DNA from: Candidatus Bathyarchaeia archaeon
Lineage (GTDB): Archaea > Thermoproteota > Bathyarchaeia > Bathyarchaeales > Bathycorpusculaceae
Assembly: GCA_049515895.1 (NCBI GenBank)
Contig: JBEKTQ010000021.1
Span: 1-64,000 of the forward strand
DNA length: 64,000 bases
Reading direction: 5' to 3'
Each line of letters begins with the position of its first letter. Position 1 is the first letter of the stretch. A program made the position numbers and the translations under genes. This document shows, in pieces, positions 28,530-38,239 of this stretch. Under the pieces are notes generated by a model, which worked only from the letters and a program-made list of their open reading frames with translations, did no database searches and had not been told where the DNA came from.

Positions 28530-30974
28530 TTACTTTCGTTTCAGCATGTTTTCCAGGATTGGTTTTAGCTTTGCGTTCTCAATTTGAATCTTTTCTTTGC
28601 CGAGCGCTTTTCGTTGCTCGTCGATTTCTTTGATGACCTCAGCGTAGCGTATGCCTTCAGCCGCTGAAACATATTCGACGCGGAACCGTTCGGGACTCAT
28701 TCCTAGTTTGGTTAGCATTCCTTTGAGTGCATCTGTTCGCGCTTTCATCTTGTAGTTTCCGCTGATGTAGTGGCAGTCATATGGCAAGTGGCATGCTCCG
28801 ATCAGAACCATTCCTGCCCCGAGCCTAAGCGCTTCCAAAATGAATTCGCGCGCAACCCTGCCGCTGCACATTACACGGATGGCTCTCACGCTTGAAGGGT
28901 AGTCGAAACGGCTAGTCCCTGCTAGGTCTGCTCCCGCGTAGCTGCACCAGTTACAGAGGATCGCGAGGATTTTGTCTTCAGGCTTGTCTTCGAGCGCAGC
29001 GCGGATTTGAGCTATGATTTGAGCATCTGTGAAGTGCATCTGTGTTATAGCATGCTGCGGGCATTCGGCAACGCATGTTCCGCATCCGTGGCAGCTGGCG
29101 GTGATTATTTGCGCTGGCTTAGGCTTTTCAAGTCTGATTGCCCCGTAGGGGCATTTGTCAACGCAGATGCCGCAGCTTTTGCATTTGCTCTCGTCGATGA
29201 CAGAAATGATTGGTTCAATCTTCCATTTTGGCTTGCTGATGACTGTTGCTGCACGTGAAGCGGCGCCGCTGCCCTGGGAAACGCTGAAAGGAATGTCTTT
29301 TAAGCCTACGCATGCGCCAGCATAGAAGACTCCGTCAGTGGGGGCATCCATCGGTTTAAGTTTAGGATGGGCTTCCATGAAGAAGCCGTCTGCGCCACGT
29401 GACAGGTTGAGTATTCGTGCGATGTCTTCTGAGCCTTTTTTAGGTATGGCTGCCGTGGCGAGCACGACCATGTCCACGTCGACCTCGATGGGTACCCCGA
29501 GGATTGAGTCTTCGGAGTGAACTGTTAAATTGTGAGTTGTTGGGTCTTCGTCGATGCGGCTTACTCGTCCGCGGATGAAGTTTACGCCTCGTTCTCTTGC
29601 GCGATCATAGAATTCTTCGTAGCCTTTGCCTGGGCTACGGATGTCCATGTAGAAAACGTAGACTTCAACATCTTCCTTGTACTTCTCCTTGATTTGAACC
29701 ACATGCTTGAGCGTGTACATGCAGCAGAAGTTGCTACAGTACGGGTACTTACTCTTGTCTCGGCTGCCAACACACTGGATAAAAGCTATTCTATGCGGTT
29801 TTTGACCGTCGGATTGCCGAATCACTTTGCCTCCTGTTGGGCCAGCAGCCAGAATCAGCCGTTCAAACTCCATGCTTGTGATGACATTGGGGTATTTTCC
29901 GTATCCGAGAAGCGGCATGTCGTAGGGTAAATAAACGTCAAAGCCAGTGGAAACAATGATTGCGCCAACGTCAATGTCGACTTCTTCAGCCTTTTGGTTG
30001 AAATCGATGGCTTGTCGGTCACCGCAGACTTCTTGGCATTTGAAGCATTCAATACAGTAATCCTTGTTGATCGAGTAAATCAACGGCACAGTTTGGTCAA
30101 ACGGCACGGAAATTGCTTTTCTTGTGCCAAGGTTCATGTCCCACTCGTTAGGGTACTCTATTGGGCAAGCGTCTTTACATTCGCCGCAGCCGGTGCATTT
30201 ATCTTGAATGACGTAGCGCGGGTTTTTGCGGATTTTCACTTTGAAGTTGCCGATGTAACCGTCAACTTTAACAAGCTCTGAGTTAGCCAAGATTGTTATG
30301 TTCGGGTGGCGTCCGCAATCCACCATTTTTGGGCCTTCAATGCAGATGCTGCAATCAAGCGTCGGGAAGGTTTTATCTAAGGCTGCCATGTGCCCGCCGA
30401 TGCTCTGGGTGCTTTCAACCATGTAAACTTTGAAACCCATTTCGGCAAGGTCCAATGCCGCGTTCATTCCTGCTATTCCGCCGCCGATGATGAGCGCCTT
30501 GTTGGTGACTGGCACCTCAATTGTTTGCAGCGGCTGCATAAAACGTACCTTTGCTACGGCCATGCGAACGGCATCTTTAGCTCGCTGAGTCGCGCCCTCA
30601 GGGTCGCTCTGGTGGCACCATGAAGCGAACTCCCTGATGTTCGCCATCTCATAGAGGAACGGGTTTAAGCCTGCTTCAGCAACAGTGCGTCTAAAGGTGG
30701 GTTCATGCATTCTGGGTGAGCAAGCGGCGATGACAACGCGGTTCAGTTTCTGCTCCTTTATGGCTTTGCGGATTTCTTCCTGCCCTGGGTCGGCGCATGT
30801 GTAACGGTTTTCTTTTGTGAAGACGACGTCAGGTATTGTTTTTGCGTACTCGACAACTGCTTTAACGTCTACTGTGCCAGCGATGTTTAAGCCACAGTCG
30901 CAGACGAAGACGCCGACACGTAACTCTTCAGGTTTTGGAGTTTCTGGCTGTTTGGGGATTTGCGGTGAAGCCAT
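28530..30974 (-). CDS. hdrA: Heterodisulfide reductase subunit A fused to MvhD
   Basis: VFVCDCG, AACSP, NIREF.SW, GGGIAG, LDKTFPTLDC, QCVGSR and ferredoxin motifs; C-terminal MvhD motifs CNWCSYAGAD, VMCSGR and DCHY. Confidence 0.95.
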   Translation of the reverse strand: MASPQIPKQPETPKPEELRVGVFVCDCGLNIAGTVDVKAVVEYAKTIPDVVFTKENRYTCADPGQEEIRKAIKEQKLNRVVIAACSPRMHEPTFRRTVAEAGLNPFLYEMANIREFASWCHQSDPEGATQRAKDAVRMAVAKVRFMQPLQTIEVPVTNKALIIGGGIAGMNAALDLAEMGFKVYMVESTQSIGGHMAALDKTFPTLDCSICIEGPKMVDCGRHPNITILANSELVKVDGYIGNFKVKIRKNPRYVIQDKCTGCGECKDACPIEYPNEWDMNLGTRKAISVPFDQTVPLIYSINKDYCIECFKCQEVCGDRQAIDFNQKAEEVDIDVGAIIVSTGFDVYLPYDMPLLGYGKYPNVITSMEFERLILAAGPTGGKVIRQSDGQKPHRIAFIQCVGSRDKSKYPYCSNFCCMYTLKHVVQIKEKYKEDVEVYVFYMDIRSPGKGYEEFYDRARERGVNFIRGRVSRIDEDPTTHNLTVHSEDSILGVPIEVDVDMVVLATAAIPKKGSEDIARILNLSRGADGFFMEAHPKLKPMDAPTDGVFYAGACVGLKDIPFSVSQGSGAASRAATVISKPKWKIEPIISVIDESKCKSCGICVDKCPYGAIRLEKPKPAQIITASCHGCGTCVAECPQHAITQMHFTDAQIIAQIRAALEDKPEDKILAILCNWCSYAGADLAGTSRFDYPSSVRAIRVMCSGRVAREFILEALRLGAGMVLIGACHLPYDCHYISGNYKMKARTDALKGMLTKLGMSPERFRVEYVSAAEGIRYAEVIKEIDEQRKALGKEKIQIENAKLKPILENMLKRK

Positions 30975-31909
30975 TATTGTGCCTCCTTTAATGCAGGGAA
31001 TCTTTTTTCGACTGCAATGCGCCTGCTTTCACCTGCGATGGCGCGGAACTCTTTTGCTGCGTCAGCTGGCGAGGTCATTCTCTCTAAAGCTTTGTTCCAT
31101 GCGCCAGAGCGGATGGGCGTGTGGTGCACTGTTGTGCGTTTAACTGTCAGTGCTTCAGGAACGGGACAAACGTTTTTGCATGCGCCACAGTAAGTGCAGA
31201 ATAAATCGTTAACGTGAACTTTCTTGTCTTCTCCAAGCGTTAGCGCGCCTGGAATGGGGCAAACGTCGAGGCAGTCTTTGCAGCCTTCGGGACATTTCTC
31301 TTGAGCAATGGCGATTATTCCTTCGAAGGCTTTCTTGACATTTATCACGCCTGACCCACATTTGAACTCGCATACTCTGCAAGTTGGGCAATAATCCTTC
31401 TGAATGTTAAGGTTAACTTGAATACGTTTTCTGAAGCTGGGAGATAGGTCCGCTGTGTTTTCTACCGGTTTGCCGTCAAAACCAACTTTAGAAACCGTAA
31501 TTAGCCCAAGTGGACAAGCCGTTTCGCATTCAACGCATTCTTTGGGGCATTGTGCAGTATCCACTTTTATGTCGCGAACGAGTTTTGGGTAGCTGTCTTT
31601 CGCCAACAAGGAAAGGTCATGGTTTCCATTCAAAGTGACCTTGATTGCGCCGTAGGGGCACGTGACGTCGCAGATTCCGCAGAAATTACATTTTGCCAAG
31701 TCAACGTCGACTTTGGCTTTTTTAGTTTTTTCGCCCGCGGTCTTAGGCTGCTTTTGTGTCGTTATCGCCTCTTTAGGGCAGGCTAATGTGCATATTTGAC
31801 ATCCGACACAGCGTTTTTTGTCAAGGGTTAATTTGTAATTCTTAACTTGCAAACCCCACTCTATCGTCAAGGCATCAGCCGCATCTTTCTTTACGGTTTT
31901 AAACGGCAT
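30974..31909 (-). CDS. Polyferredoxin (FwdF-like)
   Basis: Six CxxCxxCxxxC(P)-type motifs; stop overlaps the hdrA start. Confidence 0.85.
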   Translation of the reverse strand: MPFKTVKKDAADALTIEWGLQVKNYKLTLDKKRCVGCQICTLACPKEAITTQKQPKTAGEKTKKAKVDVDLAKCNFCGICDVTCPYGAIKVTLNGNHDLSLLAKDSYPKLVRDIKVDTAQCPKECVECETACPLGLITVSKVGFDGKPVENTADLSPSFRKRIQVNLNIQKDYCPTCRVCEFKCGSGVINVKKAFEGIIAIAQEKCPEGCKDCLDVCPIPGALTLGEDKKVHVNDLFCTYCGACKNVCPVPEALTVKRTTVHHTPIRSGAWNKALERMTSPADAAKEFRAIAGESRRIAVEKRFPALKEAQ

Positions 31910-32152
31910 ATCTTTACCACCAAGAGCCCCATTCACACCGAACAGACGGTGCTACATCAACCAACAGGCTATTTGGAAGGAATTGCAGCGCTTTTGATAT
32001 AAATATTGCTTGAAAAAAACCGTCTTTTCTACGGTAAAAAGAAAAAAATAGAGCTTTGCGACTGTAACAGGCGTTATTGCTTGCTTTCTTGCTGGTTTAG
32101 CTTCCTTGCAATGTTTAAATTCAACGTTTACAATTTATCTGAAGGGATTATT

Positions 32153-33334
32153 ATGGCAAACTCAATTTCTGCCGAAGATGTATGTTCAAAAAGCTTTCGA
32201 AGCGTGCAGGAGAACGATCCGCTTTCCCGATGCTTAGAAGCCTTTGAAAAAGGAATGCTTCCTGTCTTAGCTGTCTTGAACGATAAAGGCAAGTATGCAG
32301 GCATGATTACTCGCCGCGCGATTTTAAGATCAAGACTTGACCTCAACGCCACTAAAGTTAAAACGCTGATGAAGACGGCTCCGCCAGTGACTCCTGATTT
32401 TTCAGTGAGCAAAACGGCCAAGTTGATGATTGAAAGCGGGTTAAGGCAGCTTCCGGTTCTTGAGAAAAACAAGCTTTCGGGTTTCATCACTGACGAGAAC
32501 ATTATTCATGCGGCGGTGGCACAGGAGTGGGGAAACACCAAAATAGAGACGATCATGACCCGAGCACCACACACTCTTGAAGCTAACCGTTCTGTTGGAG
32601 CGGTTCTTAGCTTAATGAGGGAGTATGGTATTTCGCATGTTCCAATCATTGATGGCGGAAAACTCGTGGGCATGATTAGCATTGAAGATATTTTAGAGAA
32701 TATCTATTGGCCGCAGAGGCGCCAGACAACGGGGGACATAGTTGGCGAGAAGCTTGAAACTTTGAGCGTTCCAGCTAAAGGAATAATGAGTAGGCAGGTG
32801 GTCACTGTTGAACCACAGACAAGCCTGCGTGATGCCGAGAAAATGATGCATGATCATGACGTTTCCTGTTTAGCAGTTACGTCTAACGAGCGCCTGGTCG
32901 GTGTTGTGACGAAGCTTGATTTTCTTGAACCGATTAGCCAGCTAGAAACCGTTGAACGCAAATTGTCGGTGCAGTTCGGTCTTAAAGATTTGGAGATCAC
33001 GCCTGAGCAGCAAGCCTTCATGATGGATGAATTCGATTCTTTCACACACAAGTACCAGGAAGCCTTCCAGTTAGGCACACTCTTCGTATACATGAAAAGC
33101 CACGGCAACACAAACCTGCGCGGAACACCCATGATCCACTGCCGCCTCCAATTCAGAACCGTCAGAGGCACATTCTACAGCGCAAGCGAAGGCTGGGGCA
33201 TTGAACCCACATTCAGAGTGGCCTTAGACCGCCTCGACCGCAGATTACTGCGAAGCAAAGAATTGCTGGCATACAACCCAAGGTACGCGCGGGATTACCT
33301 GCGTAAAATCGGGTTGCCACAAGAAGAGAGCTAA
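32153..33334 (+). CDS. Four-CBS-domain protein with C-terminal HPF/RaiA-like domain
   Basis: CBS motifs (LRQLPV, ISHVPII, VGVVTKLD); the C-terminus ...IHCRLQFRT.RGTFYSASEGW...FRVALDRLDRRL fits an HPF-like fold. Confidence 0.8.
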   Translation: MANSISAEDVCSKSFRSVQENDPLSRCLEAFEKGMLPVLAVLNDKGKYAGMITRRAILRSRLDLNATKVKTLMKTAPPVTPDFSVSKTAKLMIESGLRQLPVLEKNKLSGFITDENIIHAAVAQEWGNTKIETIMTRAPHTLEANRSVGAVLSLMREYGISHVPIIDGGKLVGMISIEDILENIYWPQRRQTTGDIVGEKLETLSVPAKGIMSRQVVTVEPQTSLRDAEKMMHDHDVSCLAVTSNERLVGVVTKLDFLEPISQLETVERKLSVQFGLKDLEITPEQQAFMMDEFDSFTHKYQEAFQLGTLFVYMKSHGNTNLRGTPMIHCRLQFRTVRGTFYSASEGWGIEPTFRVALDRLDRRLLRSKELLAYNPRYARDYLRKIGLPQEES

Positions 33335-33369
33335 TTCCATCCCTCTTTCTTATGGCAAAGACTTAGGTA

Positions 33370-33556
33370 TATTTTTGTTGTTTGTGTCTTGTGTTGCTTT
33401 GCTTGTTTAGGGCTTGAAGCGTTTGCAGGTTGCGACCCACAACGACTCCCTTCGACCCATTGCGACTCGTAACGACCCAATACGACTCGTAATGACCCAT
33501 CCCGACTATTCCAGACCTTCCCGTTTTTTCGCGTTTTTTAGCGTTCTTTCCCGTTA
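33370..33556 (-). repeat. Anchor plus composite 10-bp array element (copy H)
   Basis: Minus strand: GAAAAAACGS units, then nine RGTC(G) units, then GCAACCTGCAAAC...GCCCTAAACAAGCAAAGCAACACAAGACACAAACAACAAAAAT. Confidence 0.9.
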
Positions 33557-34187
33557 CAAGCATCCTTTCCTCTCGTCGGTCCTTTTTGACTATCGTCCTG
33601 CCGAACATACAGCTAACCAAGGCAGGCAACAACTCAAGATCGCCCCATCCCTATGAAAGCGCCGAAATAAAACTGCCTGGCAAAACGGGTCAACAATCAG
33701 AATTGGAGAGGCACCTTTCCGAACGTAATTGGTCGGATACTGTTTTAGCCAAATAATGATTAGGTTAACTGTAGAAACGATAAACAAGTGCGGCAAGTTG
33801 CGCACATGAATCAAGGCGGCAAAATCGGCATTTCTAGAATGCATCTGAAAAAGGCTTTTGAAATCTTAGCTGAAAAGAGAAAACAGTTCTCAACCGTAAT
33901 CTGAGTTATTTCTTTTTTATTATAAGAGGTTTTACCTAAAACCCATGCTCACCACCTTTACTGCTGACAGCAAACACGCGCAAAACGAAAAGAAAGACTG
34001 GCTTCCAGGAATAATCAATCAGTTTGAAGAATGTGGGTTTGCTAAGGCTCTGGAAAATTAAGGAAGAGAATTCATTAAGAAAAATCTGCATCACTCTTCT
34101 ATGCAGCCATTTCTCTTCGTTTCTTCTAATTGCTTTTTAGGGACTAAAAAAGGGGGAAAGGTGATTTATTTGCTTGGATAATCCAGC

Positions 34188-36773
34188 TTATGGCCGTTTT
34201 CTAAGCATTATCATTGCGAGTACGGCGATTCCCACGATTATTACCACTATTATGGCCAAGCCTATGTACATGACGGCGTTTTGAGTGGCTAAACCGCTAA
34301 GTGGTGTGGCTGTGGGTGCGGGTGTAGGCGCTGATGCGCCGGCATGGAGGTATGTTTCAGCGTAAGATCCATAGTACGAGTTTGTGCCTGCGAAAGTAGC
34401 GAAAACTGTGAAGTTACCTAGTATGATGGGTGTCCAAGTTAGGCTGAATGTGCCGCTTGCATCAGTCGTTGCAGTGCCAATGGGGTAGTGATTTCCATTA
34501 GAATCCAAAACTGCTATCTGCACAGGAACGCCTGTAATGTTGGTTGGCATCGGCTGTTGCATGTAAACAGCTTCCATAAACTGGCTCATGCTAGCGTCAG
34601 AAACGCATGGTAACCCGTTGGGGAAGTTCGCTGCAACTGCATTTTGCGATGCGCCTGCGGAGATGTCTGTAACTGAACCGGTGATCGTCACTGGTGTCGA
34701 TGTTGTAACGCCAACTTGAGGTGCATTAACGGTTGTTTTGCTTGGTCCCATGCCATAGGCGTATACCTGGTTGTCGTAGCCGTTTAGGGCTACAAGGGAG
34801 CCATCTGAAATAGGCATGTCTCCTTCACCGAATGTATTTATGTTCCAAATTAGTTTTCCAGTGGTAGCGTTTACGCAGTAAAGTTGTGCGCCATCAAAAA
34901 CGGGGTCTCCATGACTGACGCCTGTGTTCAAGTAGAGTTTTCCGTCAGCAATGGTCATCGTAGCTTGCTCAAATGGATAGTAATTGAATCCAGGGAAATT
35001 CGTTCCACTGCTAATTCCGTTGAAAGTCCATAGAAGGTTGCCAGTTGCGAGATCGAAGGCGTGAACCCCATCTGAGGCAAATCCATATAGGATTCCATAA
35101 GCGATTTGAGATTGCCACGGGCAAGGTTCTGAACCCCATGGGTCTGTATCGGCTGTGGTGGGGCCCCATATCTTTGCGCCTGTGTTGGCATTATATGCAT
35201 ACCACTGCTCAGCAAATGCGTCATATGCTGTGAATATGCCGTCGGCCATTGGTCCCATCTCGTAGTTGAATCCGGTTGTGGGTCCAGATGGTAGTGTCAC
35301 TTTTTGAACCCAGAGTTGTTGCCCTGTTGTCGCGCTATAGCCTACTTCGGTTGCATAGGTAGCTGTGGGCGGCGCCAAAAAGCTGCCTACTCCTGTATTT
35401 GTGCTTGTAAGTATTATTCCTGAATTGACGTCTACTATTGCCTCGCCTGGGTAAGTTTGAATCGTAAGGTTCCACTGTATGCCTTTTTCCCAGTTAAGAG
35501 TTGCTCCAATTGGCGCACTCCAGACCCAATAGTTTGAACTAAACAGCGGGATCGGTGGGGTATAGTCGCCGTAGGTTCCGATGCAATGTGACGAGTTCCA
35601 CAAAGCTATCCAATTATTTCCTACGATGTAGTCCAGCAATTCGCCACTAGGTCCTTCGACAGTTAGTTGAGAAAACTGCGTTGGATTCAATGCATTAGTC
35701 ATCTGCAAGATCAGGTTTCCTGTGTTAGCGTCATACAGGTACCACGTATTTGCATCAGTAGACCATAAGTAAGGGAAACCTCCTTCCATGTTGGGTGACT
35801 CGTAGTTATAAACTTGGCCGAGGGTAATCTGAGGATATTCCCAGCCTACAACCAAACCGCCAAAAGGTTGGAACGGTTCGCCAGTGCTGTTTTGCCACCA
35901 TAATGTTTGTCCCGTTCGCAAATCTACAGCGTAGAAGCCTTCTTTAGGATTTGTAGGAGCATTATAGAAAAGTACGCCGTTGATAATTATTGGCGGTGTG
36001 AACTCCATTTGATAAGACTTTCCCGTGAAGTAGTTGCTCGTATCGGTTCCGCCGAATTCGCCTCCGATTAAGCCGCCAGCCTCCAAAGGCTTAGACCAAA
36101 GTATGTGAGCACTTCCAGGTCCTGTGCTGTATGCATTAAAGTTTCCTGTCGAGTTGTAGTTTGTTGATCCAAAAGTTGATACTCCTAACGAAAGCCAGTT
36201 TCCTGAAATTCCTGCCCACAAGCTATTTTGTGAATTTATGGGACGTGTCCAGTAGGATGTTGGGAGCTGAGATTGTGAATAAGATGCCGCTGCCTGCTGC
36301 TGCACTAAAAGGCCTGTGGTGAAACCGCTCGCTGCAAAATAATTGTCGATTGGTTGCCCAGTTAATGCTGAAAATCCAGTTACGTGTTGCCCTGGAAAAG
36401 TGAACTTAAAGGTGTAATTACCGATCTTGGCAGGAGTGTAGTATGTCACATAGAATGAAGCGTCGTTGGCAGTGAAAGGCCCTAGAGTTGTGGTTGACCC
36501 GCCAGGCTCTGTGATCAACATTGTGAAACCCTGCCACCTTCCACCTACCAATCCAAATGCAGTCGGGTTGGCTTGCCCCAACCACATTTCTATGGTTACC
36601 TGCTGACCGATGCCGGCAGGGTTTGGCGAAACATTACAAAAGGCATTCGTAGGGAAAGGAGAAGCTGCTGTCTGAGCTTTTGAAGTTGGAATTGCAGTCA
36701 TTATTCCTGAAACTGTCAACAAGAGAATAAACGCAATTGAAATCGCTGCAGTTTTGTTTTTAGGAATTTTCAT
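34188..36773 (-). CDS. PQQ-binding-like beta-propeller surface protein
   Basis: Signal peptide, YWTRPI, HILW, repeated (D/N)xxTGxxxW blades and a C-terminal TM helix. Confidence 0.9.
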   Translation of the reverse strand: MKIPKNKTAAISIAFILLLTVSGIMTAIPTSKAQTAASPFPTNAFCNVSPNPAGIGQQVTIEMWLGQANPTAFGLVGGRWQGFTMLITEPGGSTTTLGPFTANDASFYVTYYTPAKIGNYTFKFTFPGQHVTGFSALTGQPIDNYFAASGFTTGLLVQQQAAASYSQSQLPTSYWTRPINSQNSLWAGISGNWLSLGVSTFGSTNYNSTGNFNAYSTGPGSAHILWSKPLEAGGLIGGEFGGTDTSNYFTGKSYQMEFTPPIIINGVLFYNAPTNPKEGFYAVDLRTGQTLWWQNSTGEPFQPFGGLVVGWEYPQITLGQVYNYESPNMEGGFPYLWSTDANTWYLYDANTGNLILQMTNALNPTQFSQLTVEGPSGELLDYIVGNNWIALWNSSHCIGTYGDYTPPIPLFSSNYWVWSAPIGATLNWEKGIQWNLTIQTYPGEAIVDVNSGIILTSTNTGVGSFLAPPTATYATEVGYSATTGQQLWVQKVTLPSGPTTGFNYEMGPMADGIFTAYDAFAEQWYAYNANTGAKIWGPTTADTDPWGSEPCPWQSQIAYGILYGFASDGVHAFDLATGNLLWTFNGISSGTNFPGFNYYPFEQATMTIADGKLYLNTGVSHGDPVFDGAQLYCVNATTGKLIWNINTFGEGDMPISDGSLVALNGYDNQVYAYGMGPSKTTVNAPQVGVTTSTPVTITGSVTDISAGASQNAVAANFPNGLPCVSDASMSQFMEAVYMQQPMPTNITGVPVQIAVLDSNGNHYPIGTATTDASGTFSLTWTPIILGNFTVFATFAGTNSYYGSYAETYLHAGASAPTPAPTATPLSGLATQNAVMYIGLAIIVVIIVGIAVLAMIMLRKRP

Positions 36774-36911
36774 TTTTCTTTTCCTTCCTAATTCTTATTG
36801 AGCAAGAGCTCAAATGCTCTCGCCCAATGGTGTATGCTTTATGAAAGGTTTTAAATCCTAGAAAGAACAGCAGAGTTCTATCAACTCGTAGTCACCTTCG
36901 CCGGTATTCTA

Positions 36912-37733
36912 ATGAGTTATTTAACGGTTTCAAACGAAGACATCCATGTTCTGAGACAATTAGGGCTGTCTTCTCTCGAAGCCAGAGTCTACATCGCACT
37001 CACTCGCACGGAAAGAGCAACCATAAAAGCCTTATCCAAGAGTACAGATTTAGCACGTCAACACGTTTATCAAGTGATTAATGACTTATTAGACATTGGA
37101 ATAATTGAAAAAATAGTGGCGGCACCCTTTGAGTACTCAGCTATCCCAATAAAAGATGCGATTTTCATTATGCTTCAGCGGAAACAGCATGAATTTTTGG
37201 ACATGGAGATAGAAATTGAGTCAGCAGCAAAGCAGTTGCTTGAACGATACGAAGCAGCAAGCAAAATAAAACGTACTATGTCACAAGAGAAACAAACCTT
37301 TGTTTTTCGCAACATCCGCCTGCATGAAGTCGCGCGTGTGCGTGTCCGCGATTTTTCTGATTGCAGGTCAAGTATCGATTTAGTTATTTTAGAGAGAAAT
37401 TTAGAATCAATAAATGAAGAATTAGGCGATGCATTGAAAAAAGAAGTGAAGATAAGAATGATTATAGGAAATACCGAAAGAAGTAGCTTTCAGTTTAGTT
37501 TAGAAGATTTGATAACAAATCCTTTTTTCGAAGCTAAAGTTTCGCTTAACCAGGCAATTTTTCCACTTGCTATCTTGGACGAGAAACAAGCCGTGATTAT
37601 TACGTCGAAACCAAGCGATTTTCCTAAAGCATCCTATTTAAAGACAAATAACTCTCATCTAATGGCGATAGCCAAAGTATACTTTGAAAAGCAGTGGACA
37701 GACTCCCAAACACTGAAAGCGGCTGGAAATTAG
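36912..37733 (+). CDS. TrmB family transcriptional regulator
   Basis: LRQLGLSSLEARVYIAL...RQHVYQVINDL..IGIIEK wHTH plus C-terminal effector-like domain; divergent from the beta-propeller gene. Confidence 0.88.
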   Translation: MSYLTVSNEDIHVLRQLGLSSLEARVYIALTRTERATIKALSKSTDLARQHVYQVINDLLDIGIIEKIVAAPFEYSAIPIKDAIFIMLQRKQHEFLDMEIEIESAAKQLLERYEAASKIKRTMSQEKQTFVFRNIRLHEVARVRVRDFSDCRSSIDLVILERNLESINEELGDALKKEVKIRMIIGNTERSSFQFSLEDLITNPFFEAKVSLNQAIFPLAILDEKQAVIITSKPSDFPKASYLKTNNSHLMAIAKVYFEKQWTDSQTLKAAGN

Positions 37734-38129
37734 GAGTTTCAGTGTAAAGCGCGTACAACTACAGTAAATCAGCTTTCGCCTCAATGAAAAAGCAAATACA
37801 ACAAAACCCGAAAACGAGTTTAGAATTTGTGAGCTGTAGTCTTAACAAAATAACCTGTCTCTATTCCAGTCCTTTTTCCCTGCAGCAACAAACAGAAAAA
37901 AAATTGTGCCTCAGTTCTTTGTAGCTGTTTTTTTGTCTGTGTGTGCTCTCCTGCTCACCTGCATGCTCACTTGCATGGATGCTTGCTTGCCGCCCGGGGG
38001 AGAGATAGTAAGTAAGTAAGTATGAGTGATTGAGTGATAGAGAAAATGAGTGACTGAGTGACAGTCACTGAGTGATGCAACAAGTAAGTGATGCAGTCAG
38101 TGTGTGATGGAGTTAGTTTCAGAGAGAGA

Positions 38130-38146
38130 GGATTAAAATTTAATCC
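38130..38146. repeat. 17-bp palindrome GGATTAAAATTTAATCC (copy 1 of 6)
   Basis: Perfect 8-bp arms around a central A. Confidence 0.8.
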
Positions 38147-38239
38147 ACACACAAAACGACCTGAAGTATAGGGTGTTGAATAGAATCTACTGGTGTCGGT
38201 TAAAACAATAATTTTAATTGAAAGAAGACAAGACCTTTC

